From positions 5,495-69,494 of the forward strand of contig NW_021835472.1 of NCBI RefSeq assembly GCF_006345805.1: 64,000 nucleotides of DNA, given 5' to 3'. Within the stretch, counting starts at the first letter, position 1; every line of letters starts with the position of its first letter. Made by a program: the position numbers and the translations under genes. Positions 14,049-25,400 of this stretch are shown in pieces. The notes below the pieces were generated by a model. The model was not told where the DNA came from. It was given only the letters and a program-made list of their open reading frames with translations, and ran no database searches. The DNA is from Octopus sinensis (taxonomy: Eukaryota).

Positions 14049-15745
14049 TATGCATCAAATATAAAATTTATAATTAATGGTATCTTAGTGCTTTGTTAAA
14101 AATAAACGATGATATCTCTTTTGTCTTTACGCAGATAATAAAATGCCTGCACGTGCAAAAGTACACTCGCATGTATACCTCTCCCCCATTTGCATTCTCC
14201 ACTACCACCACCACCGCCGCCGCCGCCACCGCCAACACCACTACCAATATCACCAAACGCACGCATCGTTTATGATAACCTTACTGAACGACATTTATGT
14301 ATATGTGTATGTGTACACATGCCTTTGTATATGTGTGCGTGTGTGTGTGCGTGCGTGGGTTCATTTTATGTATGCACATACAGACAAGTACATATGTGTG
14401 TGTGTGTCTTAGTATGTACACTGTGATTGATAGTTGCGTGTGAAAAATTGGTGTACCCGACAGAGAATGTATGTATGTATGTAGGCATGTATGTATATGG
14501 CTGTGAGAGAAAGGTAGAAAGATTGACTATATATAAAAAGAGAAAGGAGAAAGAAAAAAGGAAGATAATGAGAAAAATAACAAAGTATTATTACATTTAT
14601 AGACAGTCAAACACATTGAAGGAATCAAAAATATAAAGTCTGAAGGAAACACAAATATGAAAATTTAAAATGGGCCTGATTAATTTTTGTTGAAGACTTT
14701 AGGATTAAAACAAGGAGGGAGATGGAAAATATATTATATAAAATGATAATTTCAGAAATAGTTGTAATTAAGATTATTGTCGGAAACACTCAAAAGGTGG
14801 TGTGTCTGTTTATGTCCCTCCCCGCCACCAAATAGACGACCGCTATCCTATCTGTCTTGGGAGACAATCATTGTTCAAGAAATCACCGTCTCTGATTTTC
14901 CATTAGGAGGCAGACCGCATATCGTGTATTTGAGATATATCGGCGATCTACTGGTGCATTATAGGTGTAATGTTATCGTATGTGTCATACGTAGCTTCTT
15001 AGTGTGCAGAGTTCTCATTCGTCTCTTCCACTATGATCTTTTTTCTTCTATTTTTTAAAAAATTATTTTCTTAGTTTTGAACACCATGCTGCTCGTCTGC
15101 ACGTGTTATTTTTCGCTTCTCCTTCCATCCCACAATTCACATGCGTGACACAACGAAGATTAATATTGGTGTCGCCGGTTTAATATGATTTATTGCTTGC
15201 AGATTTACAACGCGCATGCTTAAACCATAATCCCTTTTATTTTCTTGTTCATGTTGCTTGTGAATAATGCGTTATCTGCTTTCAAGATACCAAACTAGAC
15301 ATTTTTTTTGTAACGTCCACAGTGCATTTGATAACCTCCAAGAAATATCAAACTCCCTGATAGTGAGGAGAATAACAGAACGAAATACAAATATGAAAAT
15401 TTAAAATGGAGCTGATTAATTTTTGGTGAAGACTCGGTGGGAGATGGACAAAAATTTTATATCTGTCATTTAATTTCACTTTGTAAATTTATATTGTTTC
15501 ATTGGAAAATGTATGATAGATTCTAGATTTATCATGAAGAAGATTTACCATCCTCATCGTATCAAGCTTTCTCAGAATGACTTTCGATTGCCAATTTCTC
15601 GTCTATAGTCGTAGGTCCTATTGCAGTGCCAGTCTCCTCGAAGAGTTTCCCAGACCAAAATTCATAGAAGTATAATTTGTTCTTCGAAATGGGAAAGAAG
15701 CTAAGGACAGGGTATTTATCATTATTATTATTATTATTATTATTA

Positions 15746-15823
<78 letters not shown>

Positions 15824-15993
15824 GCTCGCTGTTGAGTGTACTTATTCAAGAGAACAGGAGCCTTTACCTGAGTGACAAAGGTGAGAGAGACATAGGAAGG
15901 GAGAGAAGATGGGGAGGAGAGAAAAGGTGATGCTGTTCAGTTAGTTGTTGAAGTTTTCTGTTGTTTGGTAATCATTATTGTCTCTAAATGAAC

Positions 15994-16170
15994 GGCAGTG
16001 AACAAGCAGAATTGGTACAGCGCCGGGAGAAAATGCTTAGCAGTATTTCGTCCGTCTTCTTGTCCCGTGTTCAAATTCCGCCAAGATCGACTTTGCCCTT
16101 CATTCTGCCGGGACACGATAAAATAAGTTCTAGTTGAGCACTGGAGTCGATGTAATCGATTTGCCACCAA
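15994..16170 (+). mobile_element. SINE family B, degraded
   Basis: aaatgcttagcagtatttcgtcc...gttcaaattccgccaagatcgactttgcc matches 5385 copy. Confidence 0.8.
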
Positions 16171-16284
16171 ATTCGAAATTGTTGACCTTGTTTCAAATTT
16201 TGAAACCATTTTTATATCAATGTTGAAGGATGAAAACAAATTAAAAGTCAACGATATAAGATTTTAAACTAGATATTCATTTCA

Positions 16285-17118
16285 AATCTTGGTACAAAGC
16301 CAGTAATTTCGAGGCAGCGTCGAAGTCGATTACATCTACCCAAGTGTTTAACTGGTACGAATTTTATCGACCCCCTTAAGAGTGAAAGAAAAAATCCTCC
16401 ACGGCGGAATTCGAACACAGAGCGCAAAGACAGACGAAATGCCTCCAAGCATTTTCTCCGGCGTTCTAACGATACTCTTTTCTACTATAGGCATTAGGCA
16501 CGAAATTTTAGCGGGAGGATTAGATCGACCCCGGTATGCAACTGGTACTAGATCTATGGACTCCGAAAGGGTGAAAGGCAAAGTCGGCTTCGACGGAATT
16601 TGAACTCAGAACGTAAAGACCAACGAAATACCTATTTCTTTACTACCCACTAGGGGCTAAGCACAGAGAGGACAAACAAGGACAGACAAACGGATTGAAT
16701 CGATAATATCGACCCCAGTACGAAAGGATGAAAGGCAAAGTCGATCTCGGCGGAATTTGAACTCAGAACTTAACGGCTGACAAAATACCGCTAAGCATTT
16801 CGCCCGGTGTGCTGAGGTTTATGCCAGTTCGCCGCCTTTGACAAACGTAATACCGCTAAGCATTTCGCCCGGCGTGTTAACGTTTCTTATTTCTTTACTA
16901 CCCACAAGGGGCTAAACACGGAGAGGACAAACAAGGACAGACAAACCGATTAAATCGATTATATCGACCTCAATGCGTAACTGGCATTTATTTAATCAAC
17001 CCCGAAAGGATAAAAGGCAAATTCGACCTTGGCGGAATTTGAACTCAGAACGTAGCGGCAGACAAAATACCGCTAAGCATTTCGTCCGGCGTGTTAACGT
17101 TTCTGCAAGCTCAGCGCC
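16285..17118 (-). mobile_element. Cluster of about five tandem or nested SINE family B units
   Basis: Repeated ggcggaatttgaactcagaacg...aaataccgctaagcatttcgcccgg motifs with B1 and B2 tails. Confidence 0.85.
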
Positions 17119-17512
17119 TTTCTTTGAAACTAAATATTACTATAACATTTCTGACAACAATCTGCCATAATCCTCTAAAAAAAAACTAACAGGAAATACA
17201 CAGTTCACAATTTGTCAACATCTCTTTTCATCAAATGCGTAACCTCTAACACGGTTGCTGTATACAGCGGGCAAAACCTTTCTCATTAGTGCATAAGAAA
17301 CCAGACATAAATTTATTATTACTGGTGCATTGGAAGGGCACAGGTGTATCTCAGTGTAATCTAACAAGAACTATTTTATTTTCCTTATATGAAGAGGAAA
17401 TTGTGTTCTTTTTCCCTTAGTTTCCGGTTTTGTACAGCTTTGCAAGTTATATCTCCTTGTTTTCACACGCACTTTTGAGACCCCAGAGAATAGCATTAAA
17501 TATAAGAAACAC

Positions 17513-17730
17513 GGCGAGCTGGCAGAATCGTTTGCACACCGAGTAAAATGCTTAGTGGCTTTTCATCCGTCTTTACGTTCCGAGTTCAAATTTAACCGAG
17601 GTCGACTTTAACATTTATCCTTTCAGGAGCGATAAAAACAAGTACAAACTGCAGACTGGGGTGAGGGTGGGGGTGCGATGTACCCGGCTTATCCCTCCCG
17701 CCAAATTGCTGGCCAGGAGCCAAATTTTGA
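17513..17730 (+). mobile_element. SINE family B
   Basis: ggcgagctggcagaatcg...gagttcaaatttaaccgaggtcgac. Confidence 0.8.
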
Positions 17731-17739
17731 AACTAATAT

Positions 17740-17950
17740 CAAATATGAGAAAAACTTAAAACCCAGCTGTTTTTAAACATGGTGAGAAGTTGTTGGCAAT
17801 GAAGAATATAACTGTCATACTACTTGTAGGGGCTTTGGGAGAATTCACAACCAGGTTGCAAAAATTTGTTGGAGAAACTGGGATTGACATGAGGGTTGAA
17901 CGTGCTCAGAAAAGATACTTTTACTGAGAACAGCGAGGATATTGTCATTG
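17740..17950 (+). pseudogene. C-terminal fragment of an R4/Dong-like RLE retrotransposon ORF
   Basis: MKNITVILLVGALGEFTTRLQKFVGETGIDMRVERAQK then (frameshifted) LLRTARIL, matching the V-x-P-V-V-V-G-A-L-G...QK..LL.TARIL terminus of RLE-clade ORFs. Confidence 0.7.
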
Positions 17951-17953
17951 GTA

Positions 17954-17990
17954 GGCGTAGGAGTGGCTGTGTGGTAAATAGCTTGCTTAC
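17954..17990 (+). mobile_element. SINE family A head only (truncated after the A-box region)
   Basis: ggcgtaggagtggctgtgtggtaaatagcttgcttac matches the first 37 nt of the 49748 and 34833 copies. Confidence 0.85.
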
Positions 17991-18720
17991 GCATGCGTGT
18001 TTGTCAGTTACTTCCGTGAAAGAGAACTGTCAAGACGTGCTGTGAAGCCGTCCTGAAAAATTGAAAAAGTTTACGTACGACCACAGGTAAGGCATTTGTC
18101 CTTTTTGGGAGCTTAGTGGGAGCTGTTGTTTACATTGAATTATTTTTTCGAACAAGGGTCTCCACTGGGTTCCACGCATTTGTTTGCCAGTGGTCGTACA
18201 AAAAGTCTCACTTTATAGTAAGAATTGTGTTTGTTTTGGTGGGGGGGGGGCGTATTCCCTCCAGGAAATTTTTGTTGTGAAAATTGTTTGTGCCAAGGAA
18301 TTACACTTTTTAACAGTGTATGTTTTTACAACAACATTTACCATTATTAGAAAACTGTATTTCAAGTGTTCACATGAAGTGAACATTTTTTCTCATCGTG
18401 AAAAGTATAGTTTGGTGACGTATCTTGCCACCAAAAGTCGTTCGCTGTTCGTAAATAGTGTGTATTTTTACAACTACGTTGGAAAGCTGTATTTGAAATG
18501 GATCAGTCCAGGTTCTAATTGGAGTACCATAGGGCTTGGAGTACCAGAATGCCCAGAAGACTTTTTTGTTGTGTTTTTTTTTTTTTGAATTGTTATTTTC
18601 TTCTTCTATTGTGACATTTTTTATTGAACTGTTTGCTTTTTTCTTCTTCCCTTTTGTTTCCTTTTGAATTCTCTCTTTCTTTTTTGTGAATTATTGTTTT
18701 GGAATTTTATATTTTTTAAC

Positions 18721-19823
18721 ATGGCAAAAAATACAGATAAGATTATAGAGTGGGAGATTGTCCCACCTAAGGAGTGGCTCAGACAGCAAGTGGATCAGAC
18801 AGCAAGTGGCTCAGACAGCAAGTGGCTCAGACAGCAAGTGGCTCAGACAGCAAGTGGCTCAGACAGCAAGTGGCTCAGACAGCAAGTGGCTCAGACAGCA
18901 AGTGGCTCAGACAGCAAGTGGCTCAGACAGCAAGTGGTGTTGAAAACGTATTCGAAGGTTCTCGACGCCATTACCGTCTTCTCTAAGCAGATGATTGAGC
19001 AGGAGTTGGCGGAACATCTGCCAAACATTAAATATATCTCAAGGGGAGTTAAACAAGCAACAGTGTGGTTGCTGCTTGACACCCCAGAGGAAGCTTGCAG
19101 TCTTGCGAGCCAGCCCGTTGAGGGTACAGAAATTTTGTTTCTTCCCACTTATTGTGGGGTAAATTGACGAAGATTTCCACCTGGAATTGAACCCCAGTGG
19201 ATAGATAATACTATCCCTCGGGATCTGGGTGGCAGCGGACCCAGGCTCCTAAATGTGAAAATTCTTCTTGCGGATGATTGGTTTGGATCAAAAGCTGTTT
19301 TGACCCTGTGGACCCAATCAGCCATGAATCTGGTTATGCTAGATTTTTTGAAAATGGCCGGGTGCATGTACTCGGTGATTCTTGAGGGTCGTCCCCCCCC
19401 AGGTGTCATCGGTGCCTGGAGCCTGGCCATATAAAGAAAAACTGTCCTCAGGAACAAAGCAAAGTCCTGGAGCAGTCAATTGAGACCTCTGTAGAAGAGG
19501 GAGCGAAGGCAAATGAGGAGACGGAGGACTCCTCAGGGAAGAGCTTCAAGAGGAAGAAGGTGAGCAACAATCGGTGCTCACCGAAGGATCCTGGGGATGA
19601 GGGAGGGGAGGTGAATCTCCCGGTCATGGAGGAGACGCACCCTCCCTCAGTTGAAAGGAAAAAAGAGGAAGGGGAAGAGAAACGGGACATTGCCGGAAAC
19701 TTGCCGGTAGGGGTTGTGCCACCGACAGGGGAAGAGACACCGTTGGTCGGAATTGTGCCGCCAACGGTAGAATTGACTACCTCGAACCCGGATGAAGAGG
19801 AATTATTGGTCTTCTTCTACTGA
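18721..19823 (+). pseudogene. Gag-like ORF1 with CX2CX4HX4C zinc knuckle, disrupted
   Basis: ATG at 18721 (MAKNTDKIIEWEIVPPKEWLRQQV). Stop at 19165-19167 and a frameshift in a C8 run (19393-19400), after which 19401 onward reads RCHRCLEPGHIKKNCPQEQ and an acidic/Pro-rich tail to TGA at 19823. Confidence 0.8.
18774..18933 (+). repeat. Minisatellite, 10 x 16 bp (gtggctcagacagcaa)
   Basis: Ten contiguous units, one substitution (unit 2 gtggatc), no spacers. Confidence 0.97.
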
Positions 19824-19883
19824 GGCGGAGAGGTAGAAGAGGTGGTGGAAAAGCACCATCAGGGAGTACCTTTAACCGTCATA

Positions 19884-20190
19884 CCTTTAAAGCTCTTTGC
19901 CTAAAATCACCAACAAGGACAGGGTTTACTCGCTATTGTTAAACAATTCGGTGATGGCATCAGGATGCAATTTGGTCTCGATAACTGCGCAAAGTAAAAA
20001 TGACAGAAACATCTAACGTTAGTCTTAATCAGCAGAATGTCATACAAGAGTTAGAACCACCGGAGATCCACAAATATATGACACCCGAGGCGTAACAGCA
20101 ACATGAACTTCTAACTTGTTGTCTCTTGATGTGTCTAGGTGAGACTTTGAACCAACTTGCACAAATGCAAAGCAAAAGTCAAACATAAAA
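19884..20190 (+). pseudogene. R4/Dong-like RT fragment plus probable 3' end running into (TAA)n
   Basis: LKLFA*NHQQGQGLLAIVKQFGDGIRMQFGLDNCAK follows the (YMDD)LKLYA...F..DI.M.FGLDKCA motif; the element ends at aaacataaaa followed by (taa)n. Confidence 0.75.
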
Positions 20191-21040
20191 TAATAATAAT
20201 AATAATAATGATAATAATAATAATAATAATCATAATAATAATAATAATAATAATAATTGTAATAATAATAATAACGGTAGTAACAGTGGAATCATCATAT
20301 CACCATCATCAACAATCATTATTATAATCGTTTTCTTCATCAAGATGGTGATGATCATTACCATCATCATCATCATCATCATCATCATCGTCATCATCAT
20401 CCTCATCCTCATCATCATCATCATCATCATCATTATCATCATCATCACCAACATTATCATCATCATCATCATCATCACCACCACCATCACCATCATCATC
20501 ATCACTACCACCACCACTACTTCTACCTTCACTACCACTACCACTACCACCATCGTCGTCCTCCTCCTCCACCACCTCCTCCTCCTCCTCCTCCTCATCA
20601 TCATCATCATCAGCATCATCATCGTCATTATCATCATTGCCATCATTAATGAACGCCATCAATCAACACATCTTAACTGTCTCCACTTTCCTTTCATTAA
20701 TGATGTCATCATTGCATTTTCTTAATTATATTTTTATTTTTGTATTTCGTTTTCTGTCCATAATTAATTGATATGGAATTAGCGAGAAATGCAGGACACA
20801 AACCACAAATTAAATTCAAAAATAACAAGAGTCCTCTCAACAACAACAACAACAACAACAACAGCTACAACAATAACGACGACGACGACGACGACAACGA
20901 CGATAACAACATTTAAAATAATATTGATGAGGAAGAGGAGGAAGGCAAGAAGGATGAGGATAAGGTGAATGAGGCGGGGAGCAGAGAGTTAAAAGGAACA
21001 ATGATGTTAATGATGGAGGTGCAGCTTCTGCTGATGATGG

Positions 21041-21078
<38 letters not shown>

Positions 21079-21162
21079 GCGATGACGACGACTACGACGA
21101 CGATGATGATGATGATGTAGATGGCTATGATCCTGCTGCTGCTGCCGGTGTCACATCAGATG

Positions 21163-21194
<32 letters not shown>

Positions 21195-21540
21195 GATGAT
21201 GTTGACGATGATGGCGATGATGATGATGGTGATGGTGATGATGATGATGATGTTGAGGAGGATGAGGATGATAATGATGATGTTGATGATGATGAGGAGG
21301 ATGAGGATGATAATGATGATGATGATCGATAATGATGATGTTGATGATGATGACGATAACGACGTTGACGATGGTGATGAATACCACGATGGTTATGGAA
21401 ATGATGATCATGATCATTATCATCATCATCATCATCATCACCATGATCGTGGCGAAGGTGATCAGTGGTGCCGATAACGATGATGATGATGTTAATGATG
21501 ATGCTGGTGACAGTAGTTGCAGCTGCGATAATAGTAGTTA
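20190..21540. repeat. (TAA)n, (CAT)n, (CAA)n and (GAT)n microsatellite field
   Basis: Direct reading. Confidence 0.9.
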
Positions 21541-22266
21541 TTAATGATAGTTTAGTGACAATAGCTACAGACTTCTCTCTGTATGTTGGTTCATTATTGA
21601 ATTAACAAGTGTAAAAGTCCGCTAGCATTTTAGAACGAGGTGTCAAAAAGACATTTGAAACTCAGCGCCAAAGTGTGAAAACTTGGCAAAAAAAAAATTT
21701 TGAATATCAATAATTTTCTACTAAGGAAACTGTTTTATCAAAACGTTTTAATTAAAAATCTTATTAGTATTGCGTGTGTATGTTATTACACAGTGGGAAA
21801 TTATTGTTAGAATCATACGCACAAATACATTTTCTCACAAACATACACAAACGTAAGTTCTATATGAAAGTGTGAGCTTCCAGTCGTAGCAGACGTGCAT
21901 GTGCGCCGTATATCTACCCGTTAGAGCATACGCACTTATGCATAAATATGTTTATACAAATATGAGTGAAGTCATATATATGTGCATACGCAAGATGCTA
22001 GGTATGCAAACGGTATTTTTGGGGTACTCCAGGTCATTTTTGCATATATTCATATATATATATATATATAAACTCACATATATGTGTAGACGTTGATGCA
22101 CACTTATATGTATGTGAGTGCACGTATACATACATATATATACATATATAGATCTACAGATGAATAAATATATAGAAAAATGCAACTATCGTCACCTTCC
22201 TACAAAACTCATATTTACATCTATATCTATTTATCTATTTATCTCTATGTATCTTATGTATCTATT

Positions 22267-22361
<95 letters not shown>

Positions 22362-22369
22362 AATGGCTG

Positions 22370-22430
22370 GATAACTGAAGAGATGGCAGCGTGGATTTCC
22401 ACCTCGGCATCCGAAACTCGCAGTTTTATC
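22370..22430 (+). ncRNA. Type-I hammerhead ribozyme motif with intact catalytic core
   Basis: Stem I gataa (22370-74)/ttatc (22426-30), core CTGAAGA (22375-81), stem II opening gatg/catc with inner gtgg/ccac hairpin, GAAA (22413-16), stem III act/agt with cgc loop, GUU triplet. One extra C precedes GAAA. Confidence 0.75.
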
Positions 22431-22465
22431 TTGGCTACCGAATAATTGTCACATATTACATTTAC

Positions 22466-22544
<79 letters not shown>

Positions 22545-22554
22545 GAATACATAT

Positions 22555-22715
22555 ACGCAGGTAGGTAGGTGGATAGGTAGGTAAGTTGGTTGGCAGCTGG
22601 GTACGTAGGTAGGTAGGTTAGGTAGGTAGATAGGTAGGCAGGTTGATTGATAGACAGCCAGACAGATATATAGATACGTAGATAGGCAGATAGATAGATT
22701 GATAGATTGACAGAC

Positions 22716-22802
<87 letters not shown>

Positions 22803-22839
22803 CTGACAGACTGACTGACTGACTGACTGACTGACTGAT

Positions 22840-22928
<89 letters not shown>

Positions 22929-22930
22929 TT
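22555..22930. repeat. (GGTA)n/(GATA)n/(GACT)n compound tetranucleotide repeat
   Basis: Direct reading. Confidence 0.95.
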
Positions 22931-23261
22931 CAAATATCTGTGTGTTTATAAACGACGAGTGCACGAGGAACTACACGGACGGTAAGCAACAATGATTCTT
23001 TCTGTGACAAATCATGTCTATGGTGCGCTGCTTTTCAATTCAATGAACAAGAACAACGCCTCGCTACCAACTCGTCATGCTGAAGATGCACTCGAGAAAG
23101 TTTTGAAACGTTACCTGGAATTCATTCTTCCAAGATCCTAAGTTACGGTTTCCGTAAGAATCCAGCACCTGTTGTTGTCAAGTGATGCTAGTGTGAGGAT
23201 CAAACACAACAAAGACTCACACATGCGCGCGCGCATACACACACATACACGCATACATATA

Positions 23262-23467
23262 CTCTCTTTTCTCTCTTTTACTTGTTTCAGTCATTTGACT
23301 GCGGCCATGCTGGAGCACCGCCTTTAATCGAGCAACTCGACCCCGGGACTTATTCTTTTGTAAGCCCAGTACTTATTCTATCGGTCTCTTTTGCCGGACC
23401 ACTAAGTAACGGGGACATAAACACACCAGCATCGGTTGTCAAGCAATGCTAGGGGGACAAACACATA
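23262..23467 (-). mobile_element. SINE family A, 3' module only
   Basis: Reverse complement matches 49965-50150 (tgtcccc...ggcggtgctccagcatggccgcagtcaaatgactgaaacaagtaaaagag). Confidence 0.9.
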
Positions 23468-23721
23468 AATGTATTTATAGGGTCGAATCATTCGACTAAA
23501 AGCAAATTTTTGGAAGTAGAGCCCCAGCATGGCGGCATTCTAATGACTGACACAAGTCAACACATTCCTTATTTTTAAAGGCGTGGATACCTTCTGGATG
23601 TGACCATCAGGATATACCTTCCTGCTGATAGGACTGTAGACAGTTTTAGGAACAATGTTAGTTCCCATTGGAACATTGTGCCATGCAAACAGCTTTCAAC
23701 AGTTGCTTTTCTGTGTGTATA

Positions 23722-23796
<75 letters not shown>

Positions 23797-24039
23797 CTAT
23801 TATCAATAATAAAAAAGGGTAAAATGTATTAATTAAGAAGTAATCAATAATTTCACCAAGTGGATTGTTTTCAAGTATTTTGTTTTTTTCTGGGAGTCCC
23901 TTTGTAAAGTAGAGGAAATAGCTAAGGTTTATTGCCTGCTATTTCTAAACTTCGGTATGTGGTTAAGCAAATCTTTGCTGAACCCTAATTATAAAGTGTA
24001 TATATATATATATATATACATATATATATTGTTGAAATT

Positions 24040-24185
24040 TACAGAAAAACAAACGACGAAGACAGGTGTGTAAACAAAAAGCTTGTGTATTAGTTTGACG
24101 CAGGTAAGCCTACGCCTGTGTATTAGTTTGACGCAGGTAAGCCTACGCTCTTCATCAGAAAATAAAAAAGATGAAATAAACGGAG
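24040..24185 (-). mobile_element. Fragment of the hammerhead-bearing repeat seen at 41890-42030
   Basis: Minus strand ttctgatgaagagcgtaggct...; the GAAA arm is lost; contains a 33-bp tandem duplication (24083-24148). Confidence 0.7.
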
Positions 24186-24188
24186 TGA

Positions 24189-24229
<41 letters not shown>

Positions 24230-24387
24230 GACAGGCTTCTACAGAGATTCCCTCTAACAATTTAACTCACAAGTCATTGGTCGACCCAGGGCTATAGTAG
24301 GAGGCAATTGTCCAACATGGCGCGCAGTGAATCTGATTCCGAATCCAAATGGTTTCAGAGTAAGCTTCTTAACCACACCACTACGTC
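24230..24387 (-). mobile_element. SINE family A, 5' module, degraded
   Basis: Reverse complement resembles gtggctgtgtggttaagaagcttac...ccttgggtcgacc. Confidence 0.7.
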
Positions 24388-24589
24388 TGTGGCTTGAAGT
24401 TTATGCTTAGTTGTTGTTGCTAATGCTGTTGTTGTTGTTGTTGTTCTTGCTGTTGTTGATGTTAATTGAGCTAATAACGAAGATTCGGGATACAAGAGAC
24501 AGGAACATTGGAATGTAGTTTTGTTCAGGTTTAGTGTTCGTACTTGGATGTCGAACGAGAAAAGAATTCCGGTCAAGTAAGGAGTACCA

Positions 24590-25400
24590 AAATCCCGTCT
24601 ATCCTCTCGATCACCAATGAAGAAAGTTACAAATATGTTGAAATCGCCGAAAATATTGCGTTTGTTCTTGCTGTAAGGTAAACTATATTGACAAAAGAAT
24701 GGAGGCGCAATGGCCCAGTGGTTAGGGCAGCGGACTCGCGGTCATAGGATCACGGTTTCGATTCCAGACCGGGCGTTGTGAGTGTCTATTGAGTGAAAAC
24801 ACCTAAAGCTCCACGAGGCTCCGGCAGGAGATGGTGGCGATCCCTGCTGTACTCTTTCACCACAACTTTCTCTCACTCTTACTTCCTGTTTTTGTTGTAC
24901 CTGTATTTCAAAGGGCCGGCCTTGTCACTCTCTGTGTCACGCTGAATATCCCCGAGAACTACGTTAAGGGTACACGTGTCTGTGGAGTGCTCAGCCACTT
25001 ACACGTTAATTTCACGAGCAGGCTGTTCCGTTGATTCGGATCAACCGGAACCCTCGTCGTCGTAACCGTCGGAGTGCTTCCATCCATTGACAAAAGAATA
25101 ATACTTCAGCAAACTTCGGAGAGTATTGAATTCAGTGGTGCTTCTATATAACCATATTCTACAACGCTTTCGTTGGGCCACTGCAGTACTAACATTGCAA
25201 ACTATTGAGAAGAAATCCATTACAATGACATTAGTACAAGGAAGATACGAAGAAATACTGGTGACCTCCACATCAACACTGATGCTGACAGAATCTATGT
25301 GAGACGGAGTTATTGAAGTAGAGACACAATGTCAGTCCAGAAAAACATTGCCGCATTGCATTACAGAGGCAACCCCTACTAAACAGTAAATAGAGAAGTT
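24590..25400 (+). pseudogene. R4/Dong-like (RLE clade) post-RT fragment split by a SINE
   Basis: Joining across the SINE gives EESYKYVEIAENI...TKE*YFSKLRRVLNS...NAF...AVLT...STRK...TGDLHINTDADRIYVRR, matching the YKYLG...KEY..R...HN.FAVPVL...H.NSD.DRLY pattern. Confidence 0.65.
24701..25085 (+). mobile_element. Full-length tRNA-derived SINE, family C, with TSD
   Basis: A-box tggcccagtgg, B-box-like ggtttcgattcc; 14-bp TSD attgacaaaagaat at 24687-24700 and 25086-25099. Confidence 0.95.

Larger units (their letters stand above)
17991..19875 (+). mobile_element. 3'-truncated non-LTR retrotransposon (5'UTR plus ORF1), probably L1/Tx1-like
   Basis: About 730-nt T-rich leader, then a gag-like ORF1 with CCHC knuckle; no ORF2 or 3' end. 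The clade assignment is inference from the ORF1 architecture. Confidence 0.65.

Noticed and set aside
14790-14910. KGGVSVYV resembling an APE-endonuclease GGGV motif
   Set aside because: Single short motif with no flanking APE residues.
18774-18933. Possible CRISPR-like array
   Set aside because: Contiguous identical units with no spacers, in eukaryotic DNA, and no cas genes.
23080-23120. CTGAAGA...GAAACGTT hammerhead-like text
   Set aside because: No convincing stem I or stem II pairing.
24701-24775. Possible tRNA genes at SINE heads (also 4585, 28799, 49748)
   Set aside because: A/B boxes run into multicopy SINE bodies, some with TSDs; no complete cloverleaf or oligo-T terminator was found.
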